Part shown: positions 1 through 8,267 of the stretch, one piece after another
Layout: each line of letters starts with the position of its first letter
How positions within the stretch are numbered: the stretch's first letter is position 1
Assembly: GCA_021818925.1 (NCBI GenBank)
Contig: JAKASU010000001.1
Span: forward strand, 68,036-132,035
DNA from: Candidatus Micrarchaeota archaeon
Lineage (GTDB): Archaea > Micrarchaeota > Micrarchaeia > Micrarchaeales > CABMGC01
DNA: 64,000 nt
Reading direction: 5' to 3'
Notes under the pieces: model-generated
What the model saw: only the letters and a program-made list of their open reading frames with translations
What the model was told of the DNA's origin: nothing
The model's database searches: none
Translations under genes and position numbers: made by a program

Positions 1-518
1 CTTACTCCCAAAAAAGGCAAAAGCAGGTAACCTGAGAGGAGCGCGCCGACTATGCTGCCGATAGTTGATATCGCGTACAGGTTACCCGCGCTTTCCCCCA
101 CGCTGCGTACCGTCCTGCTCTTCACGCGCACCGCAAATGGCGAGACCATTCCCAGAAAGACGTTCGGAACCGCGAGCAGCAGCACAGACGCGAACAGCGG
201 ACCGAACTCGTAGCCGAACGCAAGGCCTGCTTGCAGCACTGCCTGCGATATGAACGGCGTAATGCAGATGAATACGGAGGCTGCGAAGACGAACAGAGAG
301 AGCGCTCTTATGTCCTGATTCCTGTCCGCAAGCTTGCCACCCGCGAAATAGCCGAGAGCCAATGCGCCCAGGACCGTGGAAATGGAGCTGGTCCAGCTGA
401 ACAGCGTGTCGCCATAATAAGTGGAAAGTAGCCTGGCGCCCGCGAGCTCCACAACAAGGACTGCCACTCCCGCTGCAAAGACGGTGATCCAGAGCTTTGC
501 TATTTTCATTTCACTCAT
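1..518 (-). CDS. Polytopic membrane protein, N-terminal part of a fused MFS-like/spermidine-synthase-like family protein (3' end runs off the window)
   Basis: Absent from the ORF track because it is open at the window edge. Hand translation from the ATG at 516-518 gives MSEMKIAKLWITVFAAGVAVLVVELAGARLL...GNLYAISTIGSIVGALLSGYLLLPFLGV with no stop down to nt 1. It has repeated hydrophobic helices and family-like motifs. Confidence 0.6.
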   Translation of the reverse strand, partial: MSEMKIAKLWITVFAAGVAVLVVELAGARLLSTYYGDTLFSWTSSISTVLGALALGYFAGGKLADRNQDIRALSLFVFAASVFICITPFISQAVLQAGLAFGYEFGPLFASVLLLAVPNVFLGMVSPFAVRVKSRTVRSVGESAGNLYAISTIGSIVGALLSGYLLLPFLGV

Positions 519-702
519 TAGCATCACGTCCAGATTCCATGTTGTGGAGTTATTGGCTGCAATTTATAAGATAGTATGGGCTCCACTGATTGGGCGATGG
601 CTGTGAAAAGACCAAAAGAAGTGGAGCTTTACTTTACCTGTTCTGTTGCGGGGTTTGCGTTTATCATCTCTTTCGCAATCCTGTTGTGTTTAATGAGGCG
701 AA

Positions 703-1758
703 CTAGTACAGTGCTGTTATCTGCCTGCGCGTGGAGCGATTTGGCTTTCCACCAGCCATGAATATTCTGTAGCCGCAGTTTGCGCACTTCATTTCGTCTG
801 TCAAGTTCCACGCCGCTATGTCGAAGCCTAACCTATCCACAACCATTGATCTGCATCTAGGGCAGTAAGTGTCCTCGTATGGGTTGCCGGGCGCGTTACC
901 TATGTAGACGTAATCCAAGTCGTTTTTCTGTGCAATGTCGTAGTGCTTCTTCAGCGTTGCATACGGCGTAACAGGATAATCAAGCATCTTGTAGTCCGGA
1001 TGGAATGCGATGAACTGTATCGGCGTCTCGGCTCCGAGGTTTTCGCGAATCCATTTCGTCAAAGTGTCGCATGCAGTAAGCGAGTCCCCTACTTTTGGGA
1101 TTACAAGGTCGGTCATTTCCAGATGGATGCCCGCTCTCCTGATTTCGAGCATCGCTTCCTTTATAGGCTCGTTTGACACGACCGCCTCATACTTGTTCGC
1201 GAACTTCATCTCGCCGCTGCCCTTATAATCGACCACGACAGCATCGATGAGCCCCTTCATCGCGCGTACTGCCTCCTTTGTCATGTATCCGTTGGTGACC
1301 CAGAGGTTTTTCAGACCCTTCCTGCGTGCAAGTTTCGCTATGTCCAACGCATACTCTATGAATATGCTTGGTTCGTTGTACGTGTAGGCTATGCTCTGTG
1401 TATCATAAGCAATTGCCATCTCTACCACTTCCTCTGGAGTCATCTCCCTGCCCTTTATCTCACGCTCCTTGCTTATGTTGTGGTTTTGACAAAACAAGCA
1501 TCCCCAATTGCACGAGCTCGTTCCAATCCCGAATACACTTGTGCCTGGCATGAAGTGGTTGAACGGCTTCTTCTCTATCGGGTCTACCTGTACGGCTTCC
1601 ACGAGCCCGTAGGTTTCAAGATAGAGCCTGCCGCCGTGGTTCTGCCGCACGAAGCAGAAGCCATGCGAGCCTTCCGGTATCTTGCAGAGCCTAGCGCATG
1701 CCAGGCACTCCACCCTATTGTCCCCCAGCTTCCTGTAGAGAATCGCCTCTTTCTCCAT
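703..1758 (-). CDS. AmmeMemoRadiSam-system radical SAM enzyme (pyruvate-formate-lyase-activase-like)
   Basis: 351-aa ORF with a CNWGCLFC (CX3CX2C) radical SAM cluster motif, an N-terminal CLACARLC cysteine pair and a C-terminal CPRC..CANC. Confidence 0.85.
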   Translation of the reverse strand: MEKEAILYRKLGDNRVECLACARLCKIPEGSHGFCFVRQNHGGRLYLETYGLVEAVQVDPIEKKPFNHFMPGTSVFGIGTSSCNWGCLFCQNHNISKEREIKGREMTPEEVVEMAIAYDTQSIAYTYNEPSIFIEYALDIAKLARRKGLKNLWVTNGYMTKEAVRAMKGLIDAVVVDYKGSGEMKFANKYEAVVSNEPIKEAMLEIRRAGIHLEMTDLVIPKVGDSLTACDTLTKWIRENLGAETPIQFIAFHPDYKMLDYPVTPYATLKKHYDIAQKNDLDYVYIGNAPGNPYEDTYCPRCRSMVVDRLGFDIAAWNLTDEMKCANCGYRIFMAGGKPNRSTRRQITALY

Positions 1759-1964
1759 GGATCAGCTTGCGCTCTGGGAATATTTAATGCTTGCTTTGAA
1801 AGAAGAAGTGCCTCTGATTTACCAGACCTCTTCATCTTCTTAAAGGTTAGAATCACTATGGCAATGTGTGTTGTTGTAGAAGTAAGACAGTAGCGTTATG
1901 GACTATTCCGGCGACGATGGATTCCACGACGGATTTCTTGTCCATCGTGCCCTGGGTTGTAAAC

Positions 1965-2747
1965 ATGAGTTTAAAAGTATTGCTCGATATGGATTTGTCT
2001 ATGGATGCGGAAGCGGGGAAGACACAGGTGGTTCTCGCGGTTGGCGGCGAGGCCAAGCGCATGGGCCTGGACATACCGAAGGCACTCATACCCCTGAACG
2101 GGAGCACGCTGCTCGACCGCTGCATGGACATGTTCTTGGGCAGCGGATTCCGCGAGTTCGTCTTCCTGCTCGGTTACGAGGACAAGAAGATAACCGAGTA
2201 TCTGGACAGATTCGACTTCAGAGGTGCTAAAATCACAAAGTCATATGACTACGCAAAGGGCATAGCCAAGGGAAAGGCCGTCAAATACGCGCTAGAGAAC
2301 GGGAAGATAGATGCGAACAAGAGATCCGTGTTCGCTTGGCCTGACGACATCTTTCTGCAGAATGACCTGCCGAAGACTGTTCTTGCGGCGCACATGGAGG
2401 CTTCACGCAGGTTTGGCACGATAGCCAGCGAGGTGGTCGCCTCAGCCTTCAGGCTGCCCGCCGGAGTGGTGAATGTTGACGAGCGTGGGGTTGTGACGAG
2501 CTTCGAGGAGCAGCCGCTCATCCCGATACGTGCATCAACAGGCATGCGTATCTTCGATCCTGCAGCATACAGCTATTTCATCGACCTGATCGATCTGAAT
2601 AAACCAGGTCCGATCGAATTCGAGAAGGTGGTGATGCCGATACTCGCTGCGAAGCGCAAGGTATACGCCATACCCATACCTCCCGATTCCTGGCTGCAGA
2701 TAAACACGCAGAAGGAGCTTGAGCAGGCGAAGAAGATGATTGATTAG
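1965..2747 (+). CDS. Sugar-phosphate nucleotidyltransferase (NTP_transferase family)
   Basis: LAVGGEAKRMG (GxGxR-type) N-terminal motif and ALIPLNG. The ORF opens at 1866, but ATGs at 1965/1989/2001 lie closer to the conserved core, so the start is uncertain. Confidence 0.75.
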   Translation: MSLKVLLDMDLSMDAEAGKTQVVLAVGGEAKRMGLDIPKALIPLNGSTLLDRCMDMFLGSGFREFVFLLGYEDKKITEYLDRFDFRGAKITKSYDYAKGIAKGKAVKYALENGKIDANKRSVFAWPDDIFLQNDLPKTVLAAHMEASRRFGTIASEVVASAFRLPAGVVNVDERGVVTSFEEQPLIPIRASTGMRIFDPAAYSYFIDLIDLNKPGPIEFEKVVMPILAAKRKVYAIPIPPDSWLQINTQKELEQAKKMID

Positions 2748-2804
2748 GACACCGGTTCAGCGTAGACCGGACCGTGCTGCTCACGCGCCCTCGGGAACTT
2801 GCGC

Positions 2805-2815
2805 ATGGAGGCACA
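2805..2815. repeat. 11-nt direct repeat ATGGAGGCACA of the tRNA-Val 3' end (att-like)
   Basis: Identical to 4728-4738 (one flanking nt, the discriminator and the 3' acceptor strand of tRNA-Val as read on the + strand). Same orientation. It lies just outside the AT-rich islet. Confidence 0.5.
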
Positions 2816-2919
2816 TAGAGCGGGCCGTGAAGTGGCGTGGGAAGACACAATGAAAGCACAATACTTACCGCAATTTAGCTTCCTCTACTAGCAAATCAAT
2901 AGATAAGTTTATATATTGT

Positions 2920-3498
2920 ATGTATCTATATAATACTATGCGACAGGAAAAGAAAGAATTGCACTATCCAAGACTTGACACAATACTTATGGTAGAAGAA
3001 ACCATGAAAAAGAACGGCGAATACAGATCAAAAAGGAGCCTCTGGCTTGCTCTACCCAAGAAGATGATGTATCAAACTTTCTCGCTTATCTTGGAATACC
3101 TCGAGGAGGCCGGCAAGATTGCAATAAGGGAGGGCAAGATTGTATGGACCCAGACCCCAGAGCTAGCCGCAAAGTACAGGAAATCAAAACCGAAGGCGTA
3201 TAAGGAAGGTTCAAAATCAATACTGAGTATAATAGAAGAAAACAAAGCTTCCCTAGACGTTTATCACGCAAAGAGTATTGGGTTGTTTGGTTCTTACGCA
3301 CGTGGCGAAGAAAGAAAAGATAGCGACATAGATATGGTTGTCGAGTTTCAACCGGGCCAAAAAACATTCGATAATTATATGAATCTTAAATTCTTTTTAG
3401 AGAAGTTGCTGGGCCACAAAGTAGACTTGGTAATCAAAGAGGCCATAAAGCCGGAGCTTAAAGAAAGAATACTCAAGAGCGTTATATATGCAACGTGA
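2920..3498 (+). CDS. mntA: MNT-type minimal nucleotidyltransferase antitoxin fused to an N-terminal winged-helix-like domain
   Basis: C-terminal half carries GLFGSYARGEERKDSDIDMVVEF (GS-x10-DxD). The roughly 95-aa N-terminal extension (LILEYLEEAGKIAIREGKIVWT) looks like a wHTH. It overlaps the downstream HEPN gene by 11 nt. Confidence 0.8.
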   Translation: MYLYNTMRQEKKELHYPRLDTILMVEETMKKNGEYRSKRSLWLALPKKMMYQTFSLILEYLEEAGKIAIREGKIVWTQTPELAAKYRKSKPKAYKEGSKSILSIIEENKASLDVYHAKSIGLFGSYARGEERKDSDIDMVVEFQPGQKTFDNYMNLKFFLEKLLGHKVDLVIKEAIKPELKERILKSVIYAT

Positions 3499-3823
3499 TT
3501 ACAAGATATATCTTAATGACATTCTAGATGCCATAAAAAGAATCGAGGAATACACGAACGGTTTGTCGCTCGCCGATTTCAAAAACAACAGGCTAAAACA
3601 AGATGCCGTAATCAGAAATCTTATAGTCATAGGAGAAGCGGCCAAGGGTTTGCCTGAGAACGCGAGACCAACAGACAAGGAAGTTGACTGGAACAAGATT
3701 GCAGGCCTGAGGGACATAGTTGTGCATCAATACTTCAACGTAGACATAGAGACCATATGGAGCATCGTTACTAGCAATATACAACCTCTGAAGAAGCTAG
3801 TAGCAAAACATTTAGGAAAATAG
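3488..3823 (+). CDS. hepT: HEPN (DUF86) toxin, HepT-like
   Basis: 111 aa with the R-x4-H motif (LRDIVVHQY) and IVIGEAAK, typical of DUF86. It is paired with the upstream MNT gene. Confidence 0.85.
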   Translation: MQRDYKIYLNDILDAIKRIEEYTNGLSLADFKNNRLKQDAVIRNLIVIGEAAKGLPENARPTDKEVDWNKIAGLRDIVVHQYFNVDIETIWSIVTSNIQPLKKLVAKHLGK

Positions 3824-3930
3824 CAGCAAAGTATCTCAAGTCATCTACTCTATCCCCTATTTGCCTTCGGTCTGGAGGCGCAGAGAACCGGCTCTTAAGG
3901 CACATTGGTGATTCACATATACGTATGTAA

Positions 3931-3967
3931 GTGGATTTCTGAGAGGAAAATCTGCAATTAAATCCAC
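3931..3967 (+). other. Hairpin (8-bp stem GTGGATTT/AAATCCAC) between hepT and the orphan gene
   Basis: Inverted repeat read directly from the sequence. Its function is unknown (terminator or regulatory element). Confidence 0.3.
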
Positions 3968-4003
3968 ACGAAGACATAAATACAAGACCAGAATTATTCT
4001 ATT

Positions 4004-4633
4004 ATGAATGAATTTAAAGTCAAAACTGAAAAAGAAGAATTGGGAGCAGACATAAATAGGGCAATCGAGAAAGCGACAAGAATAAAGGCAACAGAAATAT
4101 CACATTCGTTTTTTAAAGAACTTTACAGAAAAGCTCCTCGTATAACTGCTGGTCTGTCAGCAACCAATGAAAGATGGAAAGCTGAAGTTAAGATGGTCTT
4201 GGAGAGAGCGGATGCCGTATTGATAGAATTAATGTATAAAATCGACCATAGGAAAGGCGAGACCCTCGTGTTTTATGAAGCGAAGGGTCGTAAAGAAGAG
4301 CTTGCTGGAAAAACAACATGGACTATGGAATTTGACGTTGGGTACGCGTACCTGAGATTTGATGGAAACGGGTGGGCGGCACTTCCGTATGCTTTTAGCG
4401 GTAGTAGTAGTGGAGACAGAACAATGGTCGACATGCTTTTCAATTCTTCAAGAGGTTTAGTATATGGTTATGAAAGAAAAACTAAAACAATTCTTCACGA
4501 TGTGACAAATAAAAAAATATTGAGAACATTGGACGGTTTCGATTATAAACAGCTTGTGAAAACCGAAAAAGGACTTTTTGGCGAAGAAGCCAAATATCAT
4601 GGATGGATACCCCTTGTGGCTCAGACTCCATGA
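4004..4633 (+). CDS. Hypothetical protein (orphan, AT-rich islet cargo)
   Basis: 209-aa ORF with no motif I recognise. AT-rich codon usage unlike the flanking core genes. Confidence 0.6.
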   Translation: MNEFKVKTEKEELGADINRAIEKATRIKATEISHSFFKELYRKAPRITAGLSATNERWKAEVKMVLERADAVLIELMYKIDHRKGETLVFYEAKGRKEELAGKTTWTMEFDVGYAYLRFDGNGWAALPYAFSGSSSGDRTMVDMLFNSSRGLVYGYERKTKTILHDVTNKKILRTLDGFDYKQLVKTEKGLFGEEAKYHGWIPLVAQTP

Positions 4634-4645
4634 TTCTGAAAAGTG

Positions 4646-4662
4646 AGGGAACCGAACCCAGA
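4646..4662. repeat. tRNA T-arm fragment (16/17 identical to tRNA-Val 4738-4754)
   Basis: AGGGAACCGAACCCAGA versus AGGGAATCGAACCCAGA, same orientation, 67 nt beyond the tRNA 3' end. Confidence 0.5.
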
Positions 4663-4728
4663 ATTTGTCGAGAGGAAATTTTTCTATTTTTGCAATTTTT
4701 AAATTTTGTCGTCGAAGATTTCTGGTAA

Positions 4729-4799
4729 TGGAGGCACAGGGAATCGAACCCAGACCTTCAGCGTGTAAAGCTGACGTCCTACCACTAGACTATGCCTCC
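4729..4799 (-). tRNA. tRNA-Val (anticodon UAC)
   Basis: Hand-folded cloverleaf. The acceptor stem GGAGGCA/TGCCTCC is perfect. The anticodon stem is TCAGC/GCTGA with loop TTTACAC. The T-arm is CTGGG-TTCGATT-CCCTG with one U-U mismatch. No CCA is encoded. Confidence 0.9.
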
Positions 4800-4801
4800 T
4801 C

Positions 4802-6013
4802 CTATCTCTTGCTTCTGCAGAATTCATTAAGTTTATTTATAGCCTCTTCGAGCGTTTCCTTCGGAGGCAGCGACACTATCCTTATGTGGCCCGCAGTTCC
4901 GAATCCGGAACCGCGCGTGAGCTGCACGTACTTTGTCTTGAGCAGCATGTCAACGAACTCCTTGTCGCTCTTGAGCTTCAGGCTCTTAAGATCAACCTTC
5001 GGGAAGATGTAGTATGCGCCCCTGGGCCTCACTGTGCTTAGGTACTTGTTCTCGTCGAGCAGCTTCACCGCGAAGTTCACCCTTTCCTCTATCTCATGTA
5101 CCATATAGCGTATCGCCTTGTTGTGCTCGATTACGTTGTTCATTCCTTCAGCCAGCGCATACTGCGCCGGCGCGTTGGCTGACACTCTTACAGAGGCGAA
5201 ATCTGCAAGCTTCGCCTTCAGCTCCTTTGAGAGTTTGTCCCTGCCTGGCACTATTGTGAATCCAATCCTGAAACCTGTGGCATCGAAGTTCTTCGAGGCG
5301 CCGTTGAGTATAACGTAGGGTATGCCCCTCGCCACCTGCGCTATGCTCGTGAATCTTGCCCCATTGAAGACTATTTCGTCGTAGATTTCGTCGCTGACGA
5401 GCAACAGGTTGTGCTCGTTTGCTAGGTCGACTATTCCCTCCAGCGTCTTCCTGCTGAGCACGGTGCCGGTGGGGTTGTTTGGGTTAGTCAGAAGTACGTA
5501 CCTTATCCTTGCTTTGTGCTTCAGTTTCCTAACGTGCCTGTCAAGCTCGTCTACGTCTATGCCCCAGCCATCGTTCTCCTTGTAGTCCAGCAGGTACTCC
5601 TGGCCCCCGGCAAGCCCTATGTAAGGTATGTACTGCGTGTAGTAGGGCTTGAACACGATGACCCTGTCGTTTCTGTCCACAAGCGCAGAGCTCAGCATGT
5701 AGAGCGCCTCCGAAACGCCAGCGGTGACCACTATATCCTCCTCATTGAGATCCAGGCCATACGCTCTCCTGTATCTGCCCATTATCGCAGCCACAAGCTC
5801 CTCCGCGCCCCGAGTCTCTGTGTAGTGGGTCTTGTTCTCCGATATTGCGTCTATGTAGGCCCTCTTGATGTATTCAGGTGTAGGAAAATATACGGCCGGA
5901 TCTCCGCGGTTCAGTCTTATTATGCTTTTTCCCTTTCGCTCCAGGTAACTGGAGATGGCGTCATCTTCTTCTAAAGGGTTTACTGCGTACTTGCTCCTTT
6001 TGGAAAGCAACAT
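4802..6013 (-). CDS. PLP-dependent aminotransferase, class I/II (aspartate/alanine aminotransferase-like)
   Basis: 403 aa with NPNNPTG and SKNFDATGFRIG (PLP lysine) motifs. Confidence 0.9.
   Translation of the reverse strand: MLLSKRSKYAVNPLEEDDAISSYLERKGKSIIRLNRGDPAVYFPTPEYIKRAYIDAISENKTHYTETRGAEELVAAIMGRYRRAYGLDLNEEDIVVTAGVSEALYMLSSALVDRNDRVIVFKPYYTQYIPYIGLAGGQEYLLDYKENDGWGIDVDELDRHVRKLKHKARIRYVLLTNPNNPTGTVLSRKTLEGIVDLANEHNLLLVSDEIYDEIVFNGARFTSIAQVARGIPYVILNGASKNFDATGFRIGFTIVPGRDKLSKELKAKLADFASVRVSANAPAQYALAEGMNNVIEHNKAIRYMVHEIEERVNFAVKLLDENKYLSTVRPRGAYYIFPKVDLKSLKLKSDKEFVDMLLKTKYVQLTRGSGFGTAGHIRIVSLPPKETLEEAINKLNEFCRSKR
4833..4843 (-). promoter_or_regulatory. TATA-like box (CTATAAATAAA on the minus strand) inside the aminotransferase 3' end; candidate tRNA-Val promoter
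   Basis: It lies about 39 nt upstream of the tRNA 5' end. The tRNA starts 2 nt after the CDS stop codon. Confidence 0.3.
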
Positions 6014-6050
6014 GTTAACTGATTTGATGCTCTTGAAAGTAATAAATTGC

Positions 6051-7577
6051 TTACTGACCTCCCGTGATGCGGTAAAGTGTGCCTGTCACCCCCGAGGAAT
6101 TGAAGACTTCTATCTGCGAAACTGACACAGAACAGTTTTCCTCAGCTCTATATATCATTGAGCTGAGGCTCTTGTTGACAATTACAAAAATGTTCGGTTG
6201 TGCAGTCATTAGTATGAACGCGTTTTTCGGCGGATTGCACGGTATGGAGTAGAGAGGCAGCGCGTCTATGCTCTGATTCTTTGTGATGAAAAACCTGATG
6301 AGCGTTGCCTGCAAATCTACGTTGTCTCCCCACATGTACAAACTTACGTTCTCCCCGCGGAGAGCGGTCGCTAGGTATGAAACCGCAGAGTAGTAGACCA
6401 CCCATTGGCCTTTGATCTGATTGTTAAGTTGGTAGAGCACTGAGTAAGCTGGGACGGAATAAAACAACGAAGACGAAACCAGAACCAATACTGCAATTGC
6501 GGCATATGCCCTTGACTTTTTTTTCAGGCTCTCGTAGACAGCCAACACTGTGTATGCCGCAAGTATCGAGATGGGCATGAGTATCATAGCAAAGAACCTA
6601 TCTACAAGCACAATGGGCGAATACGCAAAAAGCGAGTATGTACCAAAGACGTAATAGAGGAAAACCCCCAAACTTATGGTTGCCAGAACCCAGAACTTGT
6701 CTTTCTTATATAGAGAGATTGCGCTTCCGGTGAGCGAGAGCAGTATGACTGGACCCAAAGAGTACTGCTCGACAGGCCGCACATACTGGAAATTGGCAGG
6801 CGGTATGGGGCTGATCAAGGCAAGCGCCATGCCAATGTTGTTTGGCAGCGTCGATAGCGCATTCGGCAATATCTTCTGAAACTGCACTACGCCCGAAATC
6901 GGATTGCCTGTGTACGCCCAAAAAGCATAAAAGAATCCCGCAAGCGCAATAACCACACCCACTGCAAAATATGCAAACATCCTTTTGTGTTCGTCATCTT
7001 TCCTCAGCCAGAGCGCTGCGAACAACGCAAGCGTGTAAAAGAAGACAAACAAGAACCCGTCAAGCCTTACCGATACTGCGAAGCCGGTTATAAGCCCCGA
7101 TACCAGAAATAGGTAATCCTTCTTAGTGTCAATGGCGTAGAGGAGCACCAACACGGCCAGCGCGACGCACAATCCAAGGAGCGTGTCTGGCAAAATTCTT
7201 GTAGCGTACCCGACTACAGTGGGAGACGTCGCTGCGAACACCGCAGCCAGCACAGCTACGGAGTTGCCTCCCAGCTTCCTGCCAGTAACGAAAGTGGCAA
7301 CGACCAAAAGCAGGTACTCGGTTATCCCCGGCAGCACCGAAGCCGTCAGGTTGAACCCAAAAGTTCCGAAAAACAACGAAAGCACATATATGAATCCGAG
7401 CGAGTAGGATTCTATATAGGTCTGCGGTATAAAGTCGCCCTGGAATATCTGATGCACAAATTGGATGTAGCCTCCGTCGTCGTATACTATATCAGGGCCG
7501 GAAAACAATTGCATGATAAGCGCTAGCCCGATCACAAGGATTACTGCAAGCAGGCAAAAAGCTTGCCAGTCCTTCAT
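6051..7577 (-). CDS. GT-C fold membrane glycosyltransferase (ArnT/PMT-like)
   Basis: 508 aa with at least 10 predicted TM helices, an acidic DD pair in the first loop (VYDDGGY) and a C-terminal soluble domain. No WWDYG motif, so it is not AglB. Confidence 0.6.
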   Translation of the reverse strand: MKDWQAFCLLAVILVIGLALIMQLFSGPDIVYDDGGYIQFVHQIFQGDFIPQTYIESYSLGFIYVLSLFFGTFGFNLTASVLPGITEYLLLVVATFVTGRKLGGNSVAVLAAVFAATSPTVVGYATRILPDTLLGLCVALAVLVLLYAIDTKKDYLFLVSGLITGFAVSVRLDGFLFVFFYTLALFAALWLRKDDEHKRMFAYFAVGVVIALAGFFYAFWAYTGNPISGVVQFQKILPNALSTLPNNIGMALALISPIPPANFQYVRPVEQYSLGPVILLSLTGSAISLYKKDKFWVLATISLGVFLYYVFGTYSLFAYSPIVLVDRFFAMILMPISILAAYTVLAVYESLKKKSRAYAAIAVLVLVSSSLFYSVPAYSVLYQLNNQIKGQWVVYYSAVSYLATALRGENVSLYMWGDNVDLQATLIRFFITKNQSIDALPLYSIPCNPPKNAFILMTAQPNIFVIVNKSLSSMIYRAEENCSVSVSQIEVFNSSGVTGTLYRITGGQ

Positions 7578-8267
7578 TCAATCATCACCAACCTGCGCCT
7601 TCTTATTGGCAAGTCTTGCCCTTTCTATTAGATAAGTCCCATTGTTTCCTGAAACTTCAGTATGCGCTTTTTCTATCACTAATTTTTCCTTGAACATGGG
7701 CGCATCTAGTACCAGAGTTTCGGCCTCCCCTCCTTCAAAAACAAGATTTACGCCACGTTTCCTGTTCGCTTCTTTGAGCTCTTCGATGACCTTTCCATCT
7801 ATGCGCTTTCCTAGCAGGGACGGACTCAAGCCTTCCGCAGACACGGACGTTATTATGGCTTCGTACCTGGAAGCTATCTCATTAAGTTCTTCTACCGGGT
7901 CGATGCGCCACAGTGGGGCGATGTGCTCGATCCCAAGCTTCCTTGCAATCGCGTTTATCCTGTCCGCCTGGTATTTGCTGGACGTCGCTCCGGTGACAAG
8001 AAGTTTGACGTCGTTCGACCTTAGGGCTTCCTCAAGGTCGTCGAGCTCCTCTTCCTTCCTGCCCTCTGTGTCTGAGAAAACGTGTCGCATTCCAAGAGCC
8101 TCTGCCTGCAGCTCCGTAAGCTCCACATTCGGATAGTGGAACATGTAGCTCTCCCTGTTCGCGCTCCTCATAGTTATCAAAAGATCTACGCCTATCCCGA
8201 GCCCCACCGCCTTGTGGAGCGCGAGCGTCGAGTCCTTGCCCCCGCTAAACAGGCAGGCGCTGCTCAT
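7578..8267 (-). CDS. dph6: Diphthine-ammonia ligase-like PP-loop ATPase (MJ0570/Dph6 family)
   Basis: SGGKDS PP-loop at the N-terminus. The ATG at 8267 is preferred over the TTG at 8282. It overlaps the atpD 3' end by 23 nt. Confidence 0.8.
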   Translation of the reverse strand: MSSACLFSGGKDSTLALHKAVGLGIGVDLLITMRSANRESYMFHYPNVELTELQAEALGMRHVFSDTEGRKEEELDDLEEALRSNDVKLLVTGATSSKYQADRINAIARKLGIEHIAPLWRIDPVEELNEIASRYEAIITSVSAEGLSPSLLGKRIDGKVIEELKEANRKRGVNLVFEGGEAETLVLDAPMFKEKLVIEKAHTEVSGNNGTYLIERARLANKKAQVGDD

